Below are positions 1-17,512 of a stretch of DNA of 64,000 nucleotides, piece by piece (the stretch's first letter is position 1; every line of letters starts with the position of its first letter). Source of the stretch: the human T2T-CHM13v2.0 reference genome, Homo sapiens. The position numbers and the translations under genes were made by a program. Where the stretch lies: NCBI RefSeq assembly GCF_009914755.1, contig NC_060935.1. One strand, given 5' to 3'. The notes below the pieces were generated by a model, which was given only the letters and a program-made list of their open reading frames with translations, ran no database searches and was not told where the DNA came from.

Positions 1-469
1 AGAAAAAAAATTAAGCCAAATGCCTTTTGTGTTTTAAGAGGCAGAGTCTCGCTGTGTTGCCCAGGCTGGAGTGCAGTGGCTGTTCACAGGTTTGATCATA
101 GTGCACTGCATTCTCGAATTCCTGGCCTTCAGCAGTCTTCCCACCTCAGCCTCCTGAGTTGCTGGGACAGTAGGCGCATGCAACCACACCCAGCTTTAAG
201 CCAAAATGACTTAAAATTTGTGTTTGGTTTTTAGTTTTTAGGTGATAGTCCTGCATACCTTAGTATTTCCTGGGGAAATTCAATTAGTATTTATTATATA
301 CCCACAGTGTGTCAGGCATTATGCTAGTTGGGGATAATAAGATAGACCTAGTCCCTATCCTCAGGATGACACTAGAATAAAATGGATTGTTTATACAATA
401 GAGGAATAGAAAAGTGAATTGGTAGTGTAAGTCTTGATCACTTCAGAATGACCAGGGCACCGATAGGGA

Positions 470-1000
<531 letters not shown>

Positions 1001-1570
1001 TACTGTTAGGCACTGGTTCAGAGAAAACTGCTTACTAATTCTAAGACAAGTAAAAACTATTTTACCATCTGTGCAAAACTGATTTAAAAAGCTGAATAAG
1101 CAACTAGGTCACAAGTTATAAATTATTAACATTAAAATAAGCACTTATTAACCTTCAGTATTTTGGTATTTCAGGCATGGTATCCTCTCCACAGAGGAGG
1201 TCTAAAATTAAAAAAAAAAATTAAGCTTGGTGTTCAAAAAGACAAGGTGATCCAGACTTTTGTAGTGCCACTAATGATAGTAGTACAGAAAGAATCTTAG
1301 TCAAACTAGAAAGGCCAGGAAATTAATTATTGAATACATTACAGATATCCTTGTATGGTTAAGGGCCTGATAATGATAGAGTAGAATCATAAAGTGGGGG
1401 AACTTAAGATAATTTTTAGTTCAACTCTTACGTTGTAGCTGAGGCAAAGCAAACTATTCCTTATACAGAGCTATATAACTAATGAAAATCAGAAATGCTT
1501 TTTTTTTTAAACGAAATTTGAGCGAGGTAGAAATAATTATGCAAATTGAATACCACTAAAAGAAGAATCT

Positions 1571-1856
1571 GGCTGGATGCCGTGGCCCACGCCTCTAATC
1601 CCAGCACTTTAGGAGGCCGAGGCGGGTGGATCACCTGAGGTCAGGAGTTCAAGACCAGCCTGGCTAACATGGTAAAGCCCTGTTTCTACTAAAAATACAA
1701 AAAATTACCCGGGCATGGTGGTGCGTGCCTGTAATCTCAGCTACTCGGGAGGCTGAGGCAGGAGAATCGCTTGAACCCGGGAGGCGGAGGTTGCAGTGAG
1801 ATCGCGCCATTGCACTCCAGCTTGGGCAACGAGTGAAACTGTCTCAAAAAAAAAAA
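1571..1856 (+). mobile_element. AluS
   Basis: Full dimer, poly(A). Confidence 0.9.
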
Positions 1857-2742
1857 GAATAAGAATCTACCATGTCTCGTAGCCTACCTGTCTCACCTTT
1901 CATTTTCCAGACCTATGAATTCATTCATTCAACAGGTACTTATTGGAGTGCCTGCTGTGTTTTATAGCAGGCATTATTTTTGAAGAGTTTATAGTCTTGC
2001 TGTAGAGGAGGTTAAAACATCAAGCACATTGATAGTTAAAGTGTTTCACCTTGCAGACCTCTGGGGAGAGATTGCTATGGATTTAGAAGTTGTGCTCATC
2101 TCAGGCAAACATACAGGAGTTGATGGCATATGGCAAAAAGTTTTTTTCTTCACGGAATCTAGCAAAAGGAGACAGAAAGGGAATACAAGGTGAGAGAGAT
2201 GGCTTATCACTATACTTTCCATTCAAGATGTATTTTCAAATAACAAGTTATATATTTAGGATCAACTATGTATATAGTAATTTGGTAAATGGGAAGAAAT
2301 ACAAAAGAGGAATAACATGATCTCTGTCCTCAAGAAACTGACTCTCTTAGGACAAGACTCATTTGAAATAAGGAGAGAATTCTATCTAGCAATCTCCCTA
2401 CTTTTTGCCTAGGTAAAATAATTTTCTGGAGGATTTTTTAATATATAGAAATCTATACCATAATTGTTCTCTTCATTTTTTAAAAAAGCTTTGTAATGAA
2501 AGTTTTAAAATATTTACACAAGTAGAGAAAATACTATAATGAACGCTACCCCCATACCCAGTCTTCCAGATTCAACAGTTATCATTATTTTGTCATGCTT
2601 GTTTTGTTGATCCTTCTGTTTGTTTTCCTTTCTTTTCCATTCCTTCCTCTCTATTTCCCTCCCCGTTTTGCCTCCCTTCCCGCCTGCATTCCTATATTTA
2701 AAAATAAATTTATGATGTTGCTCATTTTTACTCCACACACAT

Positions 2743-3110
2743 TGTATTAGTCCATTTTCACACTGCTATAAAGATAACTACCTGAGACTGAGTAATTTGT
2801 AAAGGAAAGAGGTTTAGTTGAACCAGTTCCACATGGCCTGGGAGTCCTCAGGAAACTTAAAATCATGGCAGAAGGCAAAGGGGAGGCAAGGCACATCTTA
2901 TGTGGCAGCAGGAGAGAGAGAGAGAGAGAGAGAATGTGCAGGAGAAACTGCCACTTTTAAAACCATCAGATTTTGAGAATTCCCTGTCACAAGAACAGCA
3001 TGGGGGAAACCTTGCCGATCCAATCACCTCCCACCAGGTCCCTGTCTCAACACGTGGGAATTACAATTCGAGATGAAATTTGGCTGGGGATACAGAGCCA
3101 AAGCATATCA
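2743..3110 (-). mobile_element. MaLR solo LTR (THE1D/MSTA-like)
   Basis: tgtattagtccattttcacactgctataaag...agccaaagcatatca is the reverse complement of THE1-type LTR ends. Confidence 0.85.
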
Positions 3111-3806
3111 CAATCTATATTATAATGTAACCTATATGCACTGTAGTATTACTAACCAGTTCTCTAATGATGACCATTTTCATTGTTTATAGTTTATTTC
3201 TTATAAATAGTGCTTTCTGGAATATCCTTAAATACCTCTATCTTTTTAACATCCTTGTGTATACATCTTTTCTCACACTTGGCTTCCTCTTGGAATAGAA
3301 TCTCCTGGAAATTAGATAGCTGAGGTAAAAGTCCCTGAACCTTTTACAAATTGCTACACAATAAATACCAAACTGATTTTCAGGAATGTAGTCCCATCAA
3401 CAGTGTGCTTGTTTATCCATATCGTTGCTGATCTGAGTTTTGTCAGTCTATTGATTCCTACCAATCTGCCAGTATCATAGATTTTAAAATATTTTTTGTG
3501 TGCATTTAAAAATTAATGAATATTAATAATTGTAAATATTAAATATAATTATAAATATATAAAATTATAAATAATTAAATATTTATTTTATAAATATAAA
3601 ATATTTTGTGCATACATACATGGTGTATGTAGTTGTATGTATTTATGGGTTACATGAGACATTTTGATACAGGCATGCAACGCATGATAATCACATCAGG
3701 GCAAATGGTATCAATCACCTCAGGCATTTATCCTTTGTGTTACAGACAATCCAATTATATTCTTTTATTATTTTTAAACATAAAATTAAATTATTTTTTA
3801 CTGTAG

Positions 3807-4159
<353 letters not shown>

Positions 4160-4516
4160 CTATTCATTCTGGTTTTTTTGTACCCATTAACCATCCCTAT
4201 TTCTCCCCCACCACCTCACTACCCTACCCAGCATCTGGCAACTATCCTTTACTCTCTATTTCCATGAGTTCAATTGTTTTAATTTTTAGCTTCCACAAAT
4301 GAGTGAGATCGTGTGAAGTTCGTCTTTCTGTTCCTGGCTTATTTCACCTAACACAGTGTTCTCCAGTTTCATCCATGTTGTTGCAAATGGCAGGATCTCA
4401 TTCTTTTTTTATGGCTGAATAGTACTCCATTGTGTTTATGTACATTTTCATTATCCATTCATTTGTTGGTGGACAGTAAGGTTCCTTCCAAATCTTGATT
4501 ATAAGTAGTGCTGCAA

Positions 4517-4692
4517 TACATGTATACATATGTAACAAACCTGCACGTTGTGCACATGTACCCTAAAACTTAAAGTATAATAATAATAAAATTTAATGTT
4601 AATTTTATAATAATAATAAAATTTAAAGTATAATGATAATAAAATTTAATAAATAATAAAATTAATAAAATTAAAAAAAATAAATAAATAAA
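4517..4692 (+). mobile_element. 5'-truncated L1PA 3' end with AT-rich tail
   Basis: tgtatacatatgtaacaaacctgcacgttgtgcacatgtaccctaaaacttaaagtataat; TSD tagtgctgca on both sides. Confidence 0.85.
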
Positions 4693-5445
4693 TAGTGCTG
4701 CAGTAAACGTGGAAGTGCATCTATCTCTTCCTTTCTTCCTATGCTCATTTCCATTCTTTTTGGTATATAGCCAGCAGTGGGATTGCTGGATCATAAGGTA
4801 GCTCTGTATTAGTTTTTTGAGGAACCTCCAAACTGCTCCATAGTGCTTGTACTAATATTACATTCCCACCATCATTATAGGAGGGTTCCTTTTTCTACAC
4901 ATTCTCACCAATATTTGTTATTGCCTGTCTTATAGATAAAAGCTACTTTAACTGGGATGAGATGATGTCTCGTTGTAGGTAATATCATCTGCAAACAAGC
5001 GTAGTTTGACATCTTCCTTTCCAATTTGGATGCTCTTTCTTTCTCTTGTCTGATTCCTCTAACTACAACTTCCAGTATTATTTTGAATAAAAGTGGTGAC
5101 AGTGGGCATCCTTGTCATGTTTGAGATCTTAGAAGAAAGATTTTTAGTTTTTCTCCATTCAGTATGATACTAGCTACGGGTCTCTCATGTGGCTTTTATT
5201 ATGTTGAGGTATGTTCGTTCTATACCCAGTGTTTTGATGGTTTGTATCATGCAGGAATGTTGAATTTTATCAGATGCTTTTTCAGCATCAATTGAAATGA
5301 ACATACGGATTTTGTCTGCCATTCTGTTGATGTGATGTATCATTTGATCAATTTGTGTATGTTGAACCATCCTTGCATCCACGGATAAATCCCACTTGGT
5401 CATGATGAATGATTTCTTTAAGGTGTTGGTAAATTTGGTTTGCTA

Positions 5446-5830
<385 letters not shown>

Positions 5831-6019
5831 TTAAAATGTGTCTTTGTCTGCTTTTGGTATTAGGGCAATACTGGCCTCATAGAATGAGTTTGGAAGTATT
5901 CCCTCCTCCTCTATTTTTCAGACAGTTTGAGTAGAATTGATATTAGTTCTACTTGAAATATTTGGTAGGATTCAGCAGTGAAGCCATCAGGTGCCAGGCT
6001 TTTCTTTGTTGGGAGAAAT

Positions 6020-6338
<319 letters not shown>

Positions 6339-7078
6339 GTTGGGAGAAATTTTATTATGGCTTCTATCTCATTATTTGTTATTGCTTGCCTAGAAGTTAC
6401 AGTCCTTGTGGCCTAGACTGCCTTTCAAGTTTATTTGGAGCCCCAGAGTACTTTAGCTTATAGTGCGAGGCTTGCTAGAACTCAAGTCCTTACCACTGGA
6501 ATGGGCGATTCCCCTCTGTCTAGGGCTGGTCTAAATGCTCCCTCCATGGGCATGTGTCAGCTGAGTTCATCCTACTTTTGCTTTCTGCTGTGAAAGGGTG
6601 GTGGTGAGTTCAATGCAGTATCTCACAGTTGCTGCTCTCTCCCTCTCCCAAGCACACAGATTCTCCATGCCATACAGCTGCTGCTGGGGGATGAGGGAGG
6701 GGTAACATTGGCGATTCAAGACTATCTTTCCTACCCTCTTCAGTGCCTCTTGCAGTGACATGAAGTTAAAACCAGGTACTATGAGTGCCCACCTGATTTT
6801 TGGTTCTTATGAAGGTGTTTTTTTGTGTGTAGATAGTTGTTAAATTTGGTGTTCCTGCAGGAGGAATGATCGGTGGAAGCTTCTATTTGGCCATCTTGCT
6901 CCACTCCTCTATTTTTTATTATTTTTTTTAGAAACAGGGTCTCACTATGTTGTCCAGCCTGGTCTGCATATTTATTCTTATTCCTGACCATTTGTATTTA
7001 TTCTTTTGTGAATTCAGGATAATCTTTCATAAACATCACTTTTATTGTTTTACTTTTCTATTCAAAAACTAGAGTACT

Positions 7079-7373
7079 GGCTGGCCGTGGTGGCTCACGC
7101 CTCTAATCCCAGCACTTTGGGAGGCTGAGGCAGGCAGATCACAAGGTCAGGAGATCAAGACCATCCTGGCTAACACGGTGAAACCCTGTTTCTACTAAAA
7201 ATACAAAAACAAACTTAGCCAGGCGTGGTGGTGGATGCCTGCTGTCCCAGTACTCAGGAGGCTGAGGCGGGAGAAATGGTGTGAACCCAGGAGGCAGAGC
7301 TTGCAGTGAGCCAAGATCACGCCACTGCACTCCAGCCTGGGCGACAGAGCGAGACTCTGTCTCAAAAAAAAAA
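7079..7373 (+). mobile_element. AluY-like
   Basis: Full dimer, TSD aaaa.c.agagta. Confidence 0.88.
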
Positions 7374-8925
7374 CCAGAGTATCATTATTTCATACCCCTG
7401 ATTTTTAAGACCCTTCATAATTTGACCCTAACCTATTTTTCTAACTTAATATTGTCCAGCAAGAGTCACTCTACTCCAATAAGAAATATTTTTTTATTCA
7501 TACAACTCACTCTGTTACTTTTTTTTTTGGATTCATTTTAGCAGTGTTTTCTTCTGCCTACCCAAAATCTTGCAAGGATTCTTTTAACTCACCTTGTAAT
7601 AAAGTTGTAATAAAGTAGCTCAGATCATCTAGCCTTCATCAGTTTCTTCCTATTTGAATTCCCGTGGTAACTATTGTTTCTACCACTAGGTTTAGGAGCA
7701 AATTATAGACTGCCTTGTATTTCTTATCAAGCACCAGCTGTGTGCCAGGACACAGCACAGTCTTTATAGCTGTGGACAGAGCACAATCTTTGTCCTTAAG
7801 TTTATAGTATAGTAATGATGCATTTTCCAGTTATTTGCTTATTAGTGAAGATCTTCTTTTCATACACATCTGTACATATGAACCATACACATGTTTTTAG
7901 GTATATAGTTTATGGGTTTCCAACTGGATTGTAAGATCATTGAGGGCATGAACCATGTTTATACTTCTCTATTCCTTAAAACACGTAACTCAGTTCTGAG
8001 CATGTAGCCATCACTAAGTATGTACATGCTCTACTTCTGTAGTAAGAAAAGTTGGAGGCTATGGAGATACATACCTGGCCTCAAATTATAACTCAAGACC
8101 TTATGAACCAACTGTGCAACATTTGGAAGTTATGTGGCTACTCTCAGTCTATGTCCTCATAAAGTAAGTATCTGCCTCATGAGGTTGCCATGTGGGTTAA
8201 ATGAGATCTATATGTAAAGCATTTAGCATAATGCCTGGTACAAAGTAAGTGCCCATTAAAGGATACCTGTTATAATAATTTGTTTAACCTCTCAAGCTAG
8301 AAATGGATTCAACATCCTTTTATTTCCCTAATCCCTTTCATTTAAGCATTTACCAAATTCTTCTCAGTTTACTTTAATTATGTTGTCAATTTAGCTCTCC
8401 TTTTAATCCTCGTTGTAACCCACCATAAGAAATACATTTTATATTGTGGCTTAGAATATACTGTTTATTTGTACATATCTGAAACAAAAGTCTTATAATA
8501 TTCATTGTTACAATATGTGATACACTCTGATATTTTTTGTTCTGTCCTATGTACATTTTTTTTTTTTTTAAACCTGGTCACAGCCATTAAAACTGATTTC
8601 ACAACATACAGTCTGAAACACACTGGTCTGGATTTTTAGAATCTGCAAAATTTCAACTACCACTGAACAGGATAATGTTCAAGTGAAAGTTTTCAATGAA
8701 ATAGAAAACACAGAGCTTAGAGTTTATTAGGATTCCACTTTGTCTTTGTTCTCTATTAGTTATATATTGTTAGATTTACCTATGCTCAATCTGGTTTCAC
8801 TGCTGAAGGTGGAAGTGTTTAGTTGGGCCTATTCCAGTGATGTTATAGAATAAGATTACTCAGCAATTGGGGCAGAGATTTCCACCTTGCAAGGAAAGAG
8901 TTTCTTAACCATTTTATATGTGTAG

Positions 8926-9233
<308 letters not shown>

Positions 9234-9990
9234 ATGTGTATTATTTTCTTAGGACAGAAATATACATGGATATATGCATTTAAAAGTCATCAGCATCATT
9301 CTTGTAGAGGAGCCTGAAAAAACCTTTTTTTTTGTTTTGTTTTGTTTTGTTTTGTGACAGTCTTGCTCTGTCGCCCAGACTACACTGCAGTGACATGATC
9401 AAGGCTTACTGCAGCCTTGACCTCCTGAGCTTAACTGACCCTCCCACCTCAGCCCCCCAACTCGCAGGGACCACAGAAAATTCTTTATTCGGAAAATTTT
9501 AAGCATTTTTACAATGTAGGAAGAACAGTATAATGAATCCCCATTACCTAAATTCAGCTTTAGTAGTTACCAACATTATGTCAATTCCAAAGGAATTTTT
9601 AATAAAAAATTTTTAAGGGACACATAATTGCCTCCCTTAATTTACAGATAGATGATTTGTTTTTCAGAAGAAATATATCAGCCTTATTGTACTTAACTTT
9701 AGTCCTCACAACCTATTAATTTCATCTGATCCCCAAAAGAGAAGTAAATAATTACATGACACGAGGGAGCAGAGATGACATGATATCTTCTGCCTCATTT
9801 AGATTTTCCTGATGGCCTCCTAGAGCACTAGACCCTTGCTATCTTACCTGAAATAGTTCAACAGCCTCGTTACCATATCCCAACCACCCACTCCTTACCA
9901 CCTGCCTTACTACCATTATACTGATCTTTAATAATGACTTGAGGAGAGGAGAATCTCATTACATTTATCCTCTGTTTAAAACTTCCTTGG

Positions 9991-10302
9991 GGCCAGGCCT
10001 GATGGTTCACACCTGTAATCCCACACTTTGGGAGACTGACAGGGGGATCATTTGAGACCAGGAGTTTGTGACCAGCCTGGGGAACATAGCAAGACATCAT
10101 CTCTACAGAAAAGTTTAAAAAATTAACCAGACTTGATAGTACATCCCTGTAGTCCTAGCTACTCAAGAGGCTGAGGCAGGAGGATCACTTGAGCCTAGGA
10201 GTTCAAGGCTGTAGTGAGGTATGATAGTAGCTATGTAGTAATGCCACTGTACTCCAGCTTGGGCAGCAGAGCAAGACTCTGTCTCTTAAACAAACAAAAA
10301 AA
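9991..10302 (+). mobile_element. AluJ
   Basis: Diverged dimer. Confidence 0.85.
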
Positions 10303-11110
10303 CCTTCCTTTGTTCTTCCTTCCCTACCTGTGAAATAAAACCCCAAATCATAGATTTTCATTCATAATCTGGTTGCAGCCTATCTTTCTAGCCTTCTCTT
10401 CCACTGTCTGTTTCTTCTCTACCATTTTAAGCTTCCTGGTATTCCTAGAATACGTAACCTATTTTAGGGCTTGTACTTACTTTACAGGATCCCATTTAGA
10501 TACCAACTTGTGGATGAGGCCATTTTAACTACCCTAGAAAAAAGTAGTTTCTAAGTTTTTTTTTATTTTGTGTGTGTTTGTGTATGTGTGTGATGCCACT
10601 TAACTGAGTTATATTTAGTTAGCAGTGTAGGTTTACTGCCCTCCTCACTCTCAATTAGACAGTGATCTCTTCGAGAGCAGGAATTATATCTTATTCTTGT
10701 CTCTTAAATACTTCCTTAGTGCCTGCACGTAGTAGGCATCCAATAATGGTTTGTTGAATGAATGTATTCACACTTCTAGAATTTTATAACCTAATTTTAA
10801 AACAGGTTCTCTCCAGACAGGAAGAGTTAATCAAAGTTTGGTTTTGTATATTTTTCTCTCCCCTCCTTGAGGACTTTTGTTAAAATTTCTAAAGAGAGTC
10901 TAGTTCTATAGTTTTTTTCCTTAGGGGAAAATACACTTTGGTAAACTAGTATAGCATATCCATCTTCAATAATCCTATAGTTAAGGTAAGTGAAATCTAC
11001 TTTCAGTATAATTTTTTTTTTGTTGAACAATATTGTTTTATTTTGTGAGTTAGAATAGATTTGTGCTATACAGCTTATAGTAGCCTTGACTAATTTTTGA
11101 TATATTTCAG

Positions 11111-11204
11111 CTCATGGAATGCTGTGTAAATGCCCTGGTGACATCATTTAAAGAGACTATCTTAGCTGAGTGCCAAGGCATGATCAAGAGAAATGAAACT
11201 GAAA
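11111..11204 (+). CDS. CUL5: Cullin-5 exon 8 (LMECCVNALV...RNETE+1)
   Basis: tttcag|CTCATG ... GAAA|gtaggt; 94 nt; frame continues into next exon. Confidence 0.96.
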
Positions 11205-12563
11205 GTAGGTAAAACATCACATAAAGTTATCATAATCTTCTAAGAGGGTATCTTTGAAACAAATCACTTACTAAGTTGCTCTTAGTTAATTCTTTTCCAC
11301 ATAGGTATATGTGGAACTGTTAGAGTGAACTATACTTAAGGAAATAGATAAAATATTTAACACAGAGGCACTGCTAAGAGTATATAAACTTAAATTTTAA
11401 GCATTTTCCCTCTTAGCTATCAACATCTGTGTATGTGTATGGTGAATTTCTACTTTTTTCTCAAAAGCAAGACACTGCTTTTAAAGGCCAATTTAAACTG
11501 GAAACATATGTTATAGATTAGAACCAGGTATTTGACTTTTGTGTGGAACCTTGTGATGAATCTTTTTAGAATGTAATAAAACACTCCCTGTTAATAGTCA
11601 TCTCTGTCCCCAAAAATACTTTATAAGATTTCTAAAGGATTTTTTTTATTACTTCAATGTTTTCTTAAAAAGATGTGTTTTGAGAGGTAGCAAGTATATA
11701 ACAAACTAAAAAAAAAAATTGTACATATACCTACTACCCCAGTAAAACTGCTTTTAACATTTTTTTGCTTTTGTTTTTTAAATAACGTACTTCTACTGAG
11801 TTTCCAGGTTTTATTATATCTAACTGCAAGGTCCTGTTTAATCTCTAGTTGCATTTAAAGTGCATATTTCAATTCACTTAAGTTCATACACTTTTTAGGA
11901 GTAATTCAGTAGTAAAAAGCAAGCTGCTTTATTGGCGTAAACAAAATACTTGTATTCTGTGTGCCAGTCTAATTAGAGTTATGTCTGATCTATGTTGCAC
12001 TCTTTTCAAAAGGATTTATTTAGTGGTAATCAGTACCGTGAGGTAGGGTTTTTGTGAAGGTCAATAAAATGGCATAACATGAAAAAGTGCTTTGTAAATT
12101 GAAAAATTATTTATGAATACAGTTTTATATTCTAATCTCTAATATAGTTGCTTTCGTAATTATTACTCATGTTTTTTACCTTTTGATGATATGGCTGTAT
12201 ATGTAGTATTACAACTACCTTATGAAATAAACTAATCTTGTGTGTAAATAAATATTCCTTTGCATTGAAAACCAAATGACTCACCTTTTCTTTTGAGACT
12301 GGGTCTCGCTGTGTTGCCCAACCTGGAATTCGATGGCACAATCACAATTCACTGTAGCCTTGACCTCCTGGGCTCAAGCGATCCTCCCACCTCCCAGCCC
12401 ACTGAGTAGCTGGGACTACAGCCGTGTACCACCATGCCTGGCTAATTTTTGTATTTTTTGTAGAGGCAGAGCCCCACCTTGTTGCCCAGGCTGATCTCCA
12501 CTGCTTCTGGCCAAATGACTGACCTTTTAAAGAAAGGAGTTGGGTTTTGCAGTATTTGATCAC

Positions 12564-12869
<306 letters not shown>

Positions 12870-12909
12870 TGATCACTTTTAATTCGATTTTTTTTTAAAC
12901 ATAATTTTT

Positions 12910-13222
12910 AGACTAAGTACAGTGGCTCATACCTATGATCCCAGCACTTTGAGAGACCAAGGCGAGAGGATTGTGTGAGCCCCGAAGTTTGAGACCAGCT
13001 TGGGCAACATTGGGAGACCCTGTCTCTACAAAATTACAAAAAACATTAGCCAGGCATGGTGACATGTGCCTGTGGTCCCAGCTACTCAGGAGGCTGAGAT
13101 GGGAGGATTGCTTGCGCCCAAGAGGTCAAGGCTGCAGTGAGCCGTGATCGAGCCACTGTACTCCAGCTTGGGTGACAGACTGGGACCCTGTCTCAAAAAC
13201 AAAAAAACAACAACAAAAAAAC
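12910..13222 (+). mobile_element. AluJ
   Basis: Diverged dimer. Confidence 0.85.
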
Positions 13223-13347
13223 GAACAACTACTCCTAATGGCATTGTATCCACAGAATACTATTAACATTACAAACTTAACTAATGTTTCTCTAAACTCT
13301 TACTCTAGTAAATGAAATGATTACATGAATGTGTTCTCTCCTTCCAG

Positions 13348-13478
13348 AATTACATTTAATGTTTTCATTGATGGACAAAGTTCCTAATGGTATAGAGCCA
13401 ATGTTGAAAGACTTGGAGGAACATATCATTAGTGCTGGCCTGGCAGATATGGTAGCAGCTGCTGAAACTATTACTACT
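13348..13478 (+). CDS. CUL5: Cullin-5 exon 9 (KLHLMFSLMD...AETITT)
   Basis: ttccag|AATTAC ... ACT|gtaagt; 131 nt; ORF track 13329-13601. Confidence 0.97.
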
Positions 13479-13552
13479 GTAAGTTTTTTTTCAATGGCAA
13501 TGATAGATATATATCAAGGCTATTTTTTAAATGTAGGATTATTGAAAATAGT

Positions 13553-13891
13553 GAGCGGTTACCAGAGGCTGGGGGTTGGGGGAGCAGAAGAGGTTGGTTA
13601 GTGGGGTATAAAGTTATAGTTCAATAGGAAGAATAAGTTTTGGTGTTCTATTACCCATTAGGGCGGATATAGCAAGTAACAATGTAGTGTATATTTCAAG
13701 ATAGAAGAGATTTTTTATGTTGTTACCACAAAGAAATTATAAATGTTTGAAGTGATGGATATAGTAGTTACCCCAATTTGATCATTATAGTATATACATG
13801 CATTGAAATATAACATTGTACCCCATAATATGTACCATTATGTGTTGATTACAAATAAAAACATTAAATTTTTAAAAATACAGAATTGAAA
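13553..13891 (+). mobile_element. 5'-truncated L1 (L1MA-like) 3' end
   Basis: ggttaccagaggctgggg...ttgatcatt...acattgtacccc...aataaa; exact TSD attgaaaatagt at 13541-13552 and 13892-13903. Confidence 0.85.
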
Positions 13892-13935
13892 ATTGAAAAT
13901 AGTAATTGAAATTACTATTTTCTCTGTAAAACAGG

Positions 13936-14345
<410 letters not shown>

Positions 14346-14405
14346 TCATTTTTTTGTGTTATTCTTTTTCTTTTAAAAACTTAATGTAAAACCTTTTGTT
14401 TCTAG

Positions 14406-14513
14406 GACTCTGAGAAATACGTTGAGCAGTTACTTACACTATTTAATAGATTTAGTAAACTCGTCAAAGAAGCTTTTCAAGATGATCCACGATTTCTTAC
14501 TGCAAGAGATAAG
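14406..14513 (+). CDS. CUL5: Cullin-5 exon 10 (DSEKYVEQLL...TARDK)
   Basis: ttctag|GACTCT ... AAG|gtatat; 108 nt. Confidence 0.97.
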
Positions 14514-15206
14514 GTATATATTCCTATATATATAAAAAACACTTTTAAAAGTTTTATTCTCATAATTTACTTCTAATAATCAATTTGCATTATTTTTCTA
14601 TTAATTATAAACTTAAAAACCTAGCAACTGTTATTTTTCATCAGTGGAGAACAACTATATTCGTTTTGTCTTGGCTGTAAGCATTTGTTAAACATTAGAT
14701 AGCCTTGTGAATTAGAATTTAGTTAGAAAGTTGCTTTTTTCTCATTTTTCCAAGAATGTTTTTCTGTTTTTGAATATTACTGATCTATTGAATTCCTATT
14801 CATCCTTCCATTAAGACCCAGCTCAAAGAATACTTCCCCTGGAGCTTCCTTGATGTCCTGCCTCCCTCCACAGCTCATCACCAGCAGAGTTGATTCCTCC
14901 ATCCTCCGTCCTTTCATGGGACTCCTTCGGGAGTTATGTTATACTTATCCTTGTTTCCCAGGGAAGCATTTGTATTGCATACCATCTTTTTCCATCCTCA
15001 CTAGTATAGGATAATGATAATAAAACACCATACTGTCCTTAGCATTGTATCTTTTTTAGTGTAATAAACCTATAACAAGAAATTGCTGTTAGTTTTTTCT
15101 CTTCTTTGACTACCTTTCGTTACTTCCCAAGTTTGAATGATTCTAAAAAGACAACTTTCTCCATTCTCCAGTAGGATTTTTTTCTCACTCTTTTTGTCTA
15201 TTTTAA

Positions 15207-15538
<332 letters not shown>

Positions 15539-15540
15539 TA

Positions 15541-15875
<335 letters not shown>

Positions 15876-17034
15876 TTAAGGGAGTATAGACATGGTGGGC
15901 GTGGTGTGAAGTCTTAAATTGAGTAGCCTGCAAAGGCTTCATAGGAAGCCAGATCATGTAAGACTCTGAGCCATGGGAAGGAGTTAGTTTTTACTGTGAG
16001 TAGGATGGGAAGTCATTTAAAAATTTTAAACAGAATGGTAGAATGTGATTTATGTATTAACAGGATCATTCTGGCTGTTGTAAAAAATATACTGAAGGGA
16101 AGAAGGAAGAAAGAATACCAGTTAAGAACTTATTTAAATAATTCAATTAAGTGATGATGGAGGCTTGTCCCAGAGTGATGGTAGAGGTGGTCAAAAGTAG
16201 TTCGATAATTTTTTTTTTTTTTAATGCAAGTAGCTTATTTGGGAAATGCAGGGACGATATCGTGGCGTATTAGTAAGTCAGATCTACAGTGAGCTACTTG
16301 AACTTAATTCTGCAAGGAAACTTATTTAAAACCCTGCTCAAAATTACCTCACCTATCAAGTGTTGAGTTCTTGAAGTTTCCTGCCTGCCACTTGCATAGG
16401 CAACACATATTTCTGCAGTTTTAGGAAAAAACAGCTCTTTGGGTGCATGTGCAGATACTAATAGTGGGAAAAGTATAAGGGATGTGGGAAGGTTTGACAG
16501 CATTTGTTACACCAGGTATGTGGCTTGGAATTGGAAAATAAAAATGACAGCAGGCTCTAGAAGTGACTTGTCAGGGAAGTTCGCTGTGTCGCCCAGTCTG
16601 GAGTGCAGTGGTGCAATCATAGCTGACTGCAGCCTTGAACTCCTGGGCTCAAGCAATCCTCCCGCCTCAGCCACCTGAGTTTCTGGGACTATGAGCACAT
16701 ACCACCACACCTGGCTAGGTTTTTAAAGTTTTTCTGTAGAGACAACATCTAGCTATGTTGTTTGGGCTGGTCTTGAACTCCTGCCTTAGCCTTCCAAAGT
16801 TCTGGGATTATAGACGTGAGCCACCACCCCTGGCCCCCTTTCCCTTTAAATCATGTTCTTTGAGAACTCTTCACCCGCACTGATGTTGTCTCAGCCCTGT
16901 CATCTCACTGGTGAAGGAAATAAAGATATCCACCATCTGACATAGTTACTCATTTTCTTGTTTTGTTTTGTTTTTGTGGCAAGAGCACCCAAAGTCTACT
17001 TAGCATGAATCCAATATACAGTATAATTTGAATT

Positions 17035-17512
<478 letters not shown>

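Noticed and set aside
3481-3612. AT-rich quasi-palindromic tract
   Set aside because: Low complexity at an L1 tail; no specific structure supportable
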